From Paraspadella gotoi (taxonomy: Eukaryota; Animalia; Chaetognatha), in contig CM119266.1 of the NCBI GenBank assembly GCA_051294375.1, positions 7,085,431 to 7,149,430 of the forward strand: 64,000 nt of DNA. Reading direction: 5' to 3'. Of the stretch, positions 34,207 through 45,842 are shown in pieces (positions within the stretch are counted from its first letter, which is position 1; every line of letters starts with the position of its first letter). The notes under the pieces are model-generated. The model was not told the DNA's origin. It did no database searches and saw nothing but the letters and a program-made list of their open reading frames with translations. The position numbers and the translations under genes were made by a program.

Positions 34207-34496
34207 TTTGTTTTTTTTTTTTGATTACCTGACAGAGTTTAGTTCGGAAGCGGGAGATTGCTTTCTGCCCTCTGTGATTTATATTTATTACGAAGATATT
34301 TGTATTGATTAATTTTTTTAATGAACAGAAATCAACTTTGCATGTTCTTGCATCAGGAGTCCTCACAAGACTTTCTTTAAAAAAACACCTTTCCGTAGAT
34401 TTACTATCCTTTTTGAAAAGTCAGGAGTTATTTAAATACTACAGTATAGTTTAAATTCATTCAGACTTGTCGGATTTCAAAAGTTTGGTTAAAAAA

Positions 34497-35750
34497 ATGG
34501 CAATGATTTTCTTTTTGATAAAATGTATCCTCATCCTCCTGGGAATTTTGATGGCTCTTCCATCCCGCGATCCTCGCTTCGCCAACAATCCCCCGCCCTC
34601 GGGCACACCTTCTATCGGCCCTCAACCCCCTAAGGCTCCCGCGCCACTTAAGGGCGTCCTCGCCCCCAATTCTCGCCTTGATGAAGCAGAGGTCCTCCTC
34701 CAGGGCCTCGTCAAAGGCCCCGAATCGTTCGCCCACCACGACGGGCGAATCTATGCCGGAGTTATCGGCGGCGATATCGTTAGCTTCGATCCAGATCGCA
34801 TCGAGGAGGGAATCGAACGCGTGACACGCGTGGGTCCTGTCTGCAAAGAGAACTTGCTGCATCCCTCGTGCGGCCGAGTCTTGGGAATGGCGTTTGATCC
34901 CGCGGGGGATCTCGTCTTCGCCGACGCTCACTACGGGCTGTACAAGTTCGAGACGAAGACGGCGCGAACGACGCCGCTGGTTCCGTCGACTCGGATCGTC
35001 GACGGCGCCAGGAACCTCATCACCAACTCCCTGGCCGTCGCTCAAAACGGCGACGTTTTCTTCACCGTCAGCAGTACTCGCGCCTCTATCCACAATGTCG
35101 TGGTGGAAATGCTGTCAACGAGACCCTCGGGTCGAGTTATGAAATACTCGGGGTCGACGGGCGCCGTCACGACGCTGCTCGACGGCGTCCCGTTGGCCAA
35201 CGGTATCGCTCTGGCGCCGGACGACTCGTTTTTCGTTTTTGGTTCCTCCGGCGACTCTCGGTTGTGGAAATATCCCCTCTCTGGCCCGAACGCCGGTCAA
35301 ACGGAGCCCTTCTTCGACCCACCCGGCCAGCCCGACAACCTCAAACCCGCCCAGGACGGGAAGGGGTTTTATTTAGCCGTCTTCGCCGTCGAAAATCCTT
35401 CTGCTTTCGATCCGACGGAGATTTTGAAGCAATACGATTCTCCTAAGATCGCGTTGGGGAATTTTATCGGGAACTCGATTCGGCTGCTCCACTTTTTCGA
35501 CGGCCTCGCGCCTTCGACGGGATTTGCGCATTTCGCGGATTCTATGTTGAGTCCGGAAATATTTTTCGCTCAATTGGTCGGTGCACATTGTCTGGTGATT
35601 CGTTTGGATCTGGAAGGGAAACCGGTGGAGTCGTATCACTCACCGAGAGGCGTGAGAAAATTCATGAGCGAGGGATTCAATCACGGAGGGTGGATCTACG
35701 TTGGGGGTTTTCACGATAGCGTCGATCACGTCGCCAGAATTCGGATTTGA
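34497..35750 (+). CDS. APMAP/strictosidine synthase-like paralog, intronless
   Basis: Single ORF with GPES, CGRVLG, ADAHYGL, LANGIAL and PGQPDN. Confidence 0.9.
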   Translation: MAMIFFLIKCILILLGILMALPSRDPRFANNPPPSGTPSIGPQPPKAPAPLKGVLAPNSRLDEAEVLLQGLVKGPESFAHHDGRIYAGVIGGDIVSFDPDRIEEGIERVTRVGPVCKENLLHPSCGRVLGMAFDPAGDLVFADAHYGLYKFETKTARTTPLVPSTRIVDGARNLITNSLAVAQNGDVFFTVSSTRASIHNVVVEMLSTRPSGRVMKYSGSTGAVTTLLDGVPLANGIALAPDDSFFVFGSSGDSRLWKYPLSGPNAGQTEPFFDPPGQPDNLKPAQDGKGFYLAVFAVENPSAFDPTEILKQYDSPKIALGNFIGNSIRLLHFFDGLAPSTGFAHFADSMLSPEIFFAQLVGAHCLVIRLDLEGKPVESYHSPRGVRKFMSEGFNHGGWIYVGGFHDSVDHVARIRI

Positions 35751-36222
35751 GAGCAGAAGAGAAAAATTTTGAAACAATTGTTTGGGAACAACTGCGATTT
35801 ATTGTAGATTTTATTTCATGGTTTTCACTGGCATTGCATACATACAATGTTTAGTTGTTTACTAACAGTATTTTGGTGATTTCCAAATCTAATACACGCG
35901 AGAAAATCTTATACTTTGGATGCATTTATTTTATAGTCATGGGATTTGTTGTTGATTGTTCATTTTTATTATAATTATTGTTATTATATGCTACCAGTTG
36001 ACTTTTTCCACGAGTTTTGTTTTTAGATAAAAGAATTTCAGTTCGGTGTAATTTTAAAAAGTAAAAATTAAACAAAAGCAGAGGTCAATTCTACAAACAC
36101 AATACTTCATAAAATAGTAAAAAATGAAAAAGCAGACGTGTCCCATCGGAAATGATATTTGCGTAAAATGTTGACGAGTAGCGGCGATTCTCGTTTGAAC
36201 TACAAAGCGTAAAAAAACTGAA

Positions 36223-37710
36223 ATGTCGCTTTTAAAGATTCCTTCTTTTGCCTCTCGGGGTCTTCTCGTCGGGCAAGCCGTCGAACGTTGTCCAATCTTT
36301 GCCCGGCGCATTAGCACGGGTAAGTCATTTACTATCATGTTGGTTGTACTAATTTCATAAATAGGTTATATGAACTCTTTAAATTCCATTGATATTAGAA
36401 TCAAGCTGTATTCCAAATTAGTAAAAAAATTCCATTCTCCGCAGAGTCGATGGGCTACGTGCCCCGTCGGGCTCTAATGTATGTCCCCGGCAGCGACCAG
36501 CGAAAGATCCAAAAAGCCCCGACGCTGGGCTGCGACTGCGCGGTGCTCGATTTCGAGGATGGCGTCGCCGGGATCAGAAAAGCAGAAGCGAGGTTAAACG
36601 TCTGCAACGCGCTAAAGGAGGTTGGTTGCTTGAAATGGACCGCAGAGGTGACATCGACAACTCATTGCCCCAAACATCCTTCAGATCGACTTCTCCACTA
36701 TCGGCGAAGTCGCCGTCCGGGTCAACTCCATCTCCTCGGGTCTTTGCGACGACGATCTCGTCGCCTTGAAGGAGGCGGAGGTCCTTCCTCCCACGTTGCT
36801 GCTGCCGAAGGTGGACACCGTGGAGGAAACAAAATGGTTCGCTTCCACTTTGAAGAAGCTCTTCGGGAAAAGGTGGTGGTGATGGAATTTGAAGACGAGC
36901 CCTGTAAGTCTTGTAATTATGAGTCTTTGTCTCAGAAATTTGGAACAGCCTTTTCGATTGGTGACCTACGTAGAGTCGGCGGACGGAATGTTGGATCTGA
37001 GAGAGATCACATCCCGATTGATTAAAATGTCCTGCGCGCATGACGAGAAGGAAGGAGCTCCGTACGTTTTGGAAGGTGAATTGTATTGGATGAGGAACTC
37101 GTGTTTTGGATTATGTAGATCAAAATTCCCCCCCCCCCAAGGAATTGTTTTCGGATCCGACGACTACTTGGCTTCGGTCGGAGCCGCGCGAACCTCCGAC
37201 GCCAAAGAACTGATCTACGCTCGACAAAAAGTCATTCTCAACGCCAAGGCCTTCCGGTTGCAGGCAATTGACGTTGTTTACATCGACTACAAGGACATCG
37301 AAGGCCTGAAAGCGCAATGTGAGGAAGGATTCAAAATGGGATTTACTGGAAAGCAGATCATTCATCCGAGTCAGGCGAGTGACAAAATAAAAGTAAGCAT
37401 TAAATTAGTTATATTTAATTAGTATCTTATTATACAGGTGGAGCACGTGCAAAAGGCTTTTACCCCTTCCGATGAAATGATTGACTGGGCCCAGGAATTG
37501 ATAGTCGCTTTTGATGAACACGAGAAGTCTGGTGAGAGAAACTTTAATGGTCTCCATCGTTTTTTGTTCCGATTTATTTTTAATTACATAAAACTAATTA
37601 CAGGGACTGGCGCTTTTACTTTTCGCGACAAAATGATCGATATGCCATTACTGCTTCAAGCGAGAAACATTGTCAAGTTAAACGAGCACATCGGAAAATT
37701 CAAGACCTGA
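36223..37710 (+). CDS. CLYBL: Citramalyl-CoA lyase / citrate lyase beta-like
   Basis: PRRALMYVPG, LDFEDGVA, VFGSDDY, GFTGKQIIHPSQ, GAFTFRDKMIDMPLL. Confidence 0.92.
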
Positions 37711-37922
37711 CGTTTATTTAATAATTTTTGCTCATCCTGTGTATTTTTTAGCTTCAATATTTAGTATTATTTTTAACTCCTAAATGTCTTTATCTGAATC
37801 GCTTGCTTTGCCGTAATACTGTAGTAATAAATCTCCGAATTGATAAATAAAAAAAGATTGTATTCATTAGATTAACAAAGAAATTTGGTTAAAAAGATAT
37901 CCTAAAATGAAACGATTTGGGT

Positions 37923-40900
37923 TCAACCGCTGTCGTATTCTTCGTAATCGTCGACTTCCGTTTTTCCAAATTGAGAAGAAAACATTTGCGACACGGACAA
38001 TGCTGTCTCTTCTTNNNNNNNNNNCACGGCCTCGACCTTTTGTCTCTTTACTTTCGCGTCGTCGAGCGTCTTTCTTATTTTGTCGCCGTCAGGTTTGGCG
38101 GCGCGACCGATTCCGAGATTCGGACCGGAGACGGCGCCGCGTTTAAGTCCAGACGAAGGCGTCACCGGAGACGGAGAGATTCCCGCTCTACGCTTGAACC
38201 TGGAGCGATCGAGGACGGGCTTGGCCTCGAGGAATGTCCCGGCGGGGAGGGGTGTCGACGAGGCGATTGAGTGTCGGGCAGGGGAAGGGCTTGGAGTGGT
38301 GGTGGGTGAAGCGCCGAGGATCAAAGGGTCGGACTCGAGGTTTCTGTCAAGGAGAAGTTAAGGATAGAATAAGGATCTCTTAATTCTTTAAAGTTTCTAA
38401 GATAGCTTTTACTCACTTCAAGACGTCATAGTTGATCTTATTGGAGATTTTCTTCTCTTTTAACATTTTCTCTATGGCCTCCGTCGCCGTGGCCGCCTCG
38501 CCTCCGCGCTTGCCTTTTGTTCCCGCGCGGGTCCGTCGCGTCTTCGCTGGTTTCTTGGTCACTCCCGCCGCCTCGTCCTCGGCGTTTTGTTTCTCTCGTT
38601 CTTTTTCCTCCTGAATTTGTCAGTTAAAATATACAGATAATAATAAGCTATGTTGTTGTTAGCTATGTAGTATTACTAAATAATAATAATAACCCATCCA
38701 CCTGCAAAAACATGGCGTTGAGGCGACACCAAACGAGCGTCTTGACCTTGACTTCGTCTTCGTTGAGAATAAGTCGATCAATCTCATCCTCGTCGATCCC
38801 TTCCAAGTCGAGACTGCAGTCTTCCTCGTCCAGAGTCTCCGCCTCCTCGTGAGGAGTCGCCTTTTCTAGCAGATCATCGTCTTCTTCCTCGCCTTCCGCC
38901 TTCACTTTTGGTTCTAAATTTTAAACAATAAACCCCTTTAAGATTAAAATTATGTGGATTTTGTTTAAAAAATTAATAATGAACGTATTTATCTAATTGA
39001 TATGATATAGTACTTTTTGTAAGTTTTTTGAGAGTTGCTAGCAATTAATAAAATTTTTAAAAAAATATGGGGAAAAAATTAGTTCATGGTCGAGGCACAA
39101 TTTGTACTAACCCGGTAAAAAAGATAGAAAAATATGGAAGTCAATGTATGAATAAATTGTATATATTATTCATCTACTCCGAGAGATCCTCAGAGAAATC
39201 ATTATTCTTCATTGACGACTCACTTTCGTTTAAACATTCCTCGATCGTTTCCGCGAGACCGACGCCGATACCCAGCGGGGTCTTCGTCTCGGGCGCCTCC
39301 TCATCACCCGGCGCCATCTTCAGAAGACTTCCCAACTCGGCGTCGACGAGTCGCGCCACGTCGACGTCGACTCCCTCGTCGGGCGTCGTCGGGCGTGATT
39401 TAGTGGCGCCGGTGACTTGATCCAGAGTCGTCTGGGCGAGGAGCTAGAAAAAACAATTACGAAGGGCGAGATATATTTTGTTACGAAGACTTTTACCAAT
39501 CTTTTTTTTTCTTTCTCTGTTTTGTACAATGTACATGTTATCCCTCAAAAGTCACCTTGAATTCATCGGCGGTCAATCCATCCTCTTCGCCATCCTCGGC
39601 GAACGAGAATTTCGAGGAAAAGTTGAGGAGCTTTTCAAAATCTTCGTCCTTAAAGGTTTCGGCGCCGGAAGACTTGACGCTCGCGTCGTCGTCCTCGTCG
39701 TCGAACGTCATTAGTTTTCTGTAGCGTCGATGTCGTCGGGCGACGTCTCGCTCCAGCTGCGCCTCGATGATCGACTCCAGTTCTATCACTTCCTCTTCGA
39801 TGTTGCTGCTCTCCAACTTTTGTTCGGCGCGCGAGAAGGGTGCAGAAAGCGGGAGAGACAAATTTATGGATAAGACAAATGGAGAAACTTCGGTCTCCTA
39901 GTTCTAATCAACGCTCTCAATTATTTATCCCAGTTTTTCACATTTGGGAGTTAAGTTAAAACTTATGTATAAGAGTTTAATAATAACTCTGTTATTTCGA
40001 GCTTTTCGTTTCGTTGCGTTTGAAATTAGAAGGCCGAAAACATGTACGATTTTCTCCTTGAAAATAAAAACAAATTCGTTGTCTGTACACAAAATGTAAA
40101 CAATTTCACTTAATTGGATATTTAAGATATCTTTTGAATTATTACAAGTCTCTTTATTTTCCTATATCTTACCACCGTTCTCCTCTAACCTGTTGCTGCA
40201 AAAAGGCCGCTTTCTTTTTCCCTTGCGTGAAACTCGGCGGATCGCACTCGCTCTCAAGATTCACGTGATGAAATTCCTCCAGCGTCAACTCGGCCGTCGG
40301 CGTCTCCTCGAATTCCTGGAGCCTTTTGCGGATGGTGGTGTGAGACATGCGGACCACTTTGGTCACGTCCTCGATCGTCCGGTTGAAATTGTGCAGCCGG
40401 GCGGCGACGACGAGAGCGGCGCCACAGAGTCCAGACGGGCGGCGCCCCGTGTGCATCCAGTCCCGCTTCATACGGTGCACGAGACGCAGCGCAGTCATCG
40501 ACACGTCGTGGGTCTTTTCGTCCAAATCCAGCAACTCGGCAAATCTATGGACGAAAGGAGAGATTAAAAAAAGTCCGAAAGATGATTTCTGGGTTATAAG
40601 GAAAACGGGACTGAAAATATGATTCATATTTTCATTCGTTTTCTTTTTGTCATAAAAATCACGTATCTGTAGCAGAATAATTTGTGGTTCATTTCAAATG
40701 ATATATCCTTGTCACTTATTTTCTCTAAGTAAGGGAATTGCCTTTCTCAAGTGACACGTCTGTCACGTTGTGACTTGTGGTTTTAATGAAAAAAAAGTAG
40801 ACAGATTTTCGCTATTTCCTAAAAAAAGGTAAAATTTTACTTTTGCCGACCGGGGTTTTGACGTCTTTTTAAAAAAATATTTAAAAAAAAAGAAAATTAT

Positions 40901-41844
40901 TATCTGATTACCCTTACCCTAAACCCTCTTAACCCTAACTCTAAACCACCTTTAAACCACCTTTAAACTACCTTAAACCCCCCCTAACCCCAGTCAGCGA
41001 AAGTAAAATTACATATGCCGGAGGGGCGCGTGAATGTGACTGACCTATGAATGTAGAGGCAAGGATCGATAGCGCTGGCTTTGATGCAGAGTTCGTTGGA
41101 GAGTCTGAGGTAAGTTCGGCCGAGAGTGTAGACGTTGACGCTGAGAATGTCGGAAAGGTCGAGCAGCATGTGGGGAATGTTCTCGGTGCGGCAGACGAGG
41201 TAGAGACAGGCCGCTACCACGTAGTCAGTCTTGCGGCCCCGGGTGAGGTGTCTGAATAAAGGTAAGGGCGATATTCGACTGGTAGCTCAATTTTTAAAAA
41301 AAATATTTTTTTTATTGGAGGGAAAATGGTCTCGAAACGTTTTTTCTCTTCAAAAGTAAATATAAAGACATTTCGAATTTATGTACTTATCGGTTTTTTA
41401 CAGGAAATCCCAATCTAACCTGCTGAGGGCCATTTTGTAAAAATTGAAGGCCATATCTATGCAGCTGGCGTTGAGCCTCAACTGGGACCCGACCTCCTTG
41501 ATCCTCCGCTTGGCGTTTTCGAGGGTGATCTCTCGAGACTCTCGTCCGAATCCCGCGTAATTGTTGAAGCCTTCAAAGCGGATGCGGTTCGTCTCCCCGA
41601 CGTACTGGCCGATCACGTTGGCGCCGCCTGGGTTGAGATTTTACATTGAGATTTTAACTGTGGGGTTTCTACAAACATACAAGGGCGTACCTCTGGCATT
41701 CTCCTCGAACTGAACCTCGGAGACGATGCAGGAATCCTCGAGGACGTGGCCGCAATCGCGACACACTTTGCTCCCACGTTCCTCCACCTCCAGGTTGACG
41801 CCCCCGCACTCTTTGCACGCTCCCGACATCCCCGTCGAAGTCAT
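37923..41844 (-). CDS. BRF1: TFIIIB 90-kDa subunit (multi-exon; N gap at 38015-38024)
   Basis: Zn ribbon CKECG...[62 protein letters not shown]. Confidence 0.93.
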
Positions 41845-42791
41845 TGTATTTCGGGGCGTGGAGAAAGTTTAAACTGAAATCGAGGCTTTTAATTTAGACA
41901 AATTTCAGAAGTCAGAAAGATGAAAGTACATATTAGGCGTTTTTAATTTTCATGTATGATGAAATTCGAGGAAAGCAAGCTGTGAATTACAGCGTAATGC
42001 AAAACGTTCGTGAATCTTTTGTCTTCGTCCCAGAAGACATAGTTAACGGGGACTAACGCACGAGGTCCTCTACCGTCGCGGGAAAGAAACGAGCTTCGGC
42101 CTTCGCACCTAAATATTTACCACGCGGGTTTCTGAATTTCGAAGCTCGATTGGGGAGACACAGAGACTCAGAGAGGACGCGAAGACTTTTGTTTCTATCT
42201 TATTTCGACTGTTGACATCCGAGTTCGTTCCTCTCACGGGAAATTAAAAAACTAATTCTCATTGGATTATTTTTGATGAACAGTTTCAATAAAAAGCTGC
42301 GCGATAAATCATGATAACTAATTTTGAAATTCTTATATATATAACGAGTTAGCTACTTAGGACTATTTAAAATTTGATTTGTAAGAGATCAACAAACCGG
42401 AAAACAGTAAGCAGTCGAGTTGTCTTTTGTTCTTTAATGAAAAATTTCATGTTGTCGAGTCTTCGTCCCTCTGGTGGAAGTCGAGGAAAACTGGCGAGTC
42501 TTGACGAACAGAATTCGTAACACCTTCCGACTCCACGCCTGCGCTTAGGACTCAATATCGCCAAGTATCTCTCTTTTTAGCTTTTATTGCTGCGGCGCGT
42601 TTCTACTAATCTCCTCTTGTGAAAAAGTGTAATAATTGTAATACAGGTGCGCATAAAAACGTCAAACGAAAAAAAGTCCAACTTCAATTTGTGGGGTTCT
42701 CTTCCGAAGTATCATGTGACTTACCTCAGTGGAGTTTTTTCATTGCATTACAGGGTCCGCCCATTGGTTCAATCAATTATGAAAATATAAA

Positions 42792-43824
42792 ATGGTACAA
42801 AAAGAAATTAGAAACGCTTGCAGGCACTATCTACACGGTAACGCATTCGTCAAGTACGTCTTCAGAGGCGTTCCGTTGACTATGACGACCAATAAAGTCA
42901 CCGACTCATTAGACGACGAGGAAGACAACGAGGCGGACGAATCTCGATTCTCCTTCGAAGAAACGGTCGGCGCATCGTCCGAAGAAGCGACGCCGAAGTC
43001 ACCCGCCGCATCCGCCTCCGCCGCCACCGCCCCATCGGCGGAAGCCTCTCCGCTCCCTCCTCTCCTACCTTCGTCTGTCAATTTTGCGGAACTACTTTCG
43101 ATTCCTTTCAATCCTTTCAATCCTTTCAATCCTTTCCTTTCAATCCTTTCCTTTCCTAACACATCAAAAGCTCGTGGACCGTTCCCCACGCTCGGAATCT
43201 CCTCTCAAGTTTTGTCTCAAAAAATAATTGCGAATTCACAAGTAAAAAGATCATCGCGAACGCGTGAAATGAGAGCATTGCAACAAGTCCAAACACGTCC
43301 ACTTTCCGCAGCATAGTGCCTTTCCTCAAACACCTTCAACGCAGTACCACTTGTGCGACGCCCTTTCTGCTGCCAGAAGGCGTGGGCGAAACATTCCAAG
43401 GAGATCCACCGAGACGCTCGTCCGGTCAAATGTCCTTATTGCTACCGCCGTTTCCTTTTCGATTGTAACTATCGCGGTTTCTGTGTAGAAGAAGCATAGA
43501 ATATAATATAACGTAAAAATGTAATCAAGTAAAAGTGATACAAGAACGAAGTAAAACTGTAAAACAAAATGAGGCACAAATCATGAATAAGTCACGTACT
43601 ATATCGTTAACATAATAGTAAAGGTTCACCTCAAATTCTTTCACCGCGGAATCAACTTCCCTTGCCCAGTTTGCGGTCGAAAGTTTCCGCGCCTCGACGA
43701 CATGAGACGTCATATCAACAACGTGCATGAAAAGGGGGAGCATGATGCGGGAGGAGGCGAAGGAGGTGATACTGTCGCAGATGCTAATTGGGATGAAGAT
43801 CAAGATGTTCAATCGCCAGTTTAA
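42792..43824 (+). CDS. C2H2 zinc-finger protein (start and exon structure uncertain)
   Basis: KCPYCYRRFLFDCNYR..VHLKFFH and FPCPVCGRKFPRLDDMRRHINNVH at ~43428-43730; stop 43822-43824. Confidence 0.6.
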
Positions 43825-44166
43825 ATTATATCGTTTTTGCTATTTCAAGTACGAAGAAAGTATCTTGTCAAAATATATTTATAATGATTATCGACATCTT
43901 TTTCACTTTATTTTCCATGCCATCTAAATTATCTACATTTATCGTTTTATTTATTATTCGTTGTTAAATTTTGGATTTAGTTAATTGCAAAGAGCGCATT
44001 GTTGTTTTTAAGCAATTCTAAACGGTTATCATTGTTCCAATCGTTGCACAGAAAAACGAATCCCTACTGAGTGATGGCCGATTTTCGCGCGAAACTCTCT
44101 CACTTTTTCACGTGACCAACTCTCTCTCTCGCTCTTCTTCACCCAAAGTCGCCTGGAACGGAACTA

Positions 44167-45219
44167 ATGGAGGAGGACGTGGCCTCCTTGAAGGAGGAGC
44201 TCGCCCTTTGGAAGAGGCGAGCCGAGGAGCATAAGCAGAACTACGAGGATGCGCAGGTGGAGTTGGAGGAATACCAGGTCTCCAGCCGGGAACTGGAGGC
44301 GGAGCTGGAGGCCCAGCTGGAGCAGGCCGAGACTAAAGTGCGGGAACTGACGTCGGCCAACCAGCGGCTGCAAATGGACAACGAGTCGGCGCACGAGAAG
44401 CTGCAGGACCTGCAGGCGGAGACGCATCGGCAGATCAACTCCCTTGCCGACGACCTCGGCGCCGTCACCAAATCCAAAGACGAACTGCTGTCCTACATCC
44501 GTGAGCTGGAGCACGCCAACGACTCGCTGGAGAATTCCAAGCGACAGACCATCTCCACGCTGGAGGACTTCGAGGCGCGCCTTAATCAGGCGCTCGAGCG
44601 CAACGCCTACCTCGAGAACGAGTTGGAGGAAAAGGATCAGCTCCACGCAACGATCCAGCGGCTCAAGGACGAGTCGAGGGACCTCCGTCTCGAGATGAGC
44701 CTAAAGACTCGCAGCCCCAGCGGCGGAAGCGTCGCCGGCGCTGCCGGTCATACATCCCGGGGAGAATCTTTCCGCGACGACGACGCCGCAGCCGTCGCCG
44801 CGGGATCCGCCGCGTCCCCGCGATCTTCTCTTCTTCTCAACGGCAACCACGATCCCTTGCGACGCCGTTCGACGCCGTCCCCGATTCCGCCGACGACGCC
44901 GCGGTCCCCTGGTGCCATCCACGGCACCGCTTTCCCCGCCGGCGACGGCCTGACCCCAACGGCGAGGATAACGGCGCTGAACATCGTGGGCGATCTGCTG
45001 CGGAAGGTCGGTTCGCTCGAGTCCAAGTTGGCCTCTTGTCGCTCGACAACGACTATGACTCCGACGTCGCCGATGATCGTCGACGGTCCGAGACCCAGAC
45101 CAAACACCGTCGCCGAATTCGGCCAAACCCCCGCTTCCGCCCCCTCAGTTTCGAGGCCCCGCGCCAACGCCATCAGCGCTCCCGTTCCCATGGCAACCAC
45201 ATTCGAAAATTACGTCTGA
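44167..45219 (+). CDS. NDE1: Nuclear distribution protein NudE, intronless
   Basis: EYQVSSRELEAELEAQL, YIRELEHANDSLE, LNQALERNAYLENEL, RITALNIVGDLLRKVGSLESKLASCR. Confidence 0.93.
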   Translation: MEEDVASLKEELALWKRRAEEHKQNYEDAQVELEEYQVSSRELEAELEAQLEQAETKVRELTSANQRLQMDNESAHEKLQDLQAETHRQINSLADDLGAVTKSKDELLSYIRELEHANDSLENSKRQTISTLEDFEARLNQALERNAYLENELEEKDQLHATIQRLKDESRDLRLEMSLKTRSPSGGSVAGAAGHTSRGESFRDDDAAAVAAGSAASPRSSLLLNGNHDPLRRRSTPSPIPPTTPRSPGAIHGTAFPAGDGLTPTARITALNIVGDLLRKVGSLESKLASCRSTTTMTPTSPMIVDGPRPRPNTVAEFGQTPASAPSVSRPRANAISAPVPMATTFENYV

Positions 45220-45842
45220 GATGTTTGTCAAGTCGACGAGTTTTTCTCAACTTTCTTTTTTCTTCGCTCTTCCTTTTTATCTTTATTCTCAGTAGTATTT
45301 CTCTTTTATTATTCTCCTTAATTGACAATTCTGACTTTTTTTTTATGTGGTCAGCCATTGACAATTTTAACGAAATCAATTTGACCTCAAGGATTATAAA
45401 TTGAAATACTTTAACGAAATGCTTTCGAATTTAATCAACAGCATTCGGCATGAATTTCATTTTTTTTTTCTTATTTTGTTTTGTTTTGTTTAGACGAGTT
45501 TTTCTCGCATACGAATTAAATCCTTCCAAAAATAAAACTTGTCCAATTTCTTTTTGTCCTGTTGTCCCAATTAATTTCCCACCCTTTCCCTAACCAAAAA
45601 AAAAAAAAAAACGCCCACCGTTTTGCCATCCGTTGATCGGCCAAATACCTCCGCGCGATTCTGTACTTCAAACGATTTCAGTTTTTCTTTCAGCTTTGAT
45701 TACAAACAATTACAATTAAGAAAAACTACACTCGGGTTACTCATGCTCTAACTCTGTAAACGATGCGCATTTGATTCGACGCGTATTTTGCTTTTGATTT
45801 GATCCAAAGTTAATTTCCCCTCTTAATAATTTTTTATCTAAA

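Noticed and set aside
40905-40990. Telomere-like CCCTAA variants
   Set aside because: Short, degenerate and intronic; not a true telomeric array.
43314-43316. In-frame TAG suggesting readthrough in the zinc-finger gene
   Set aside because: Removable by a 75-nt GT-AG intron (43242-43316).
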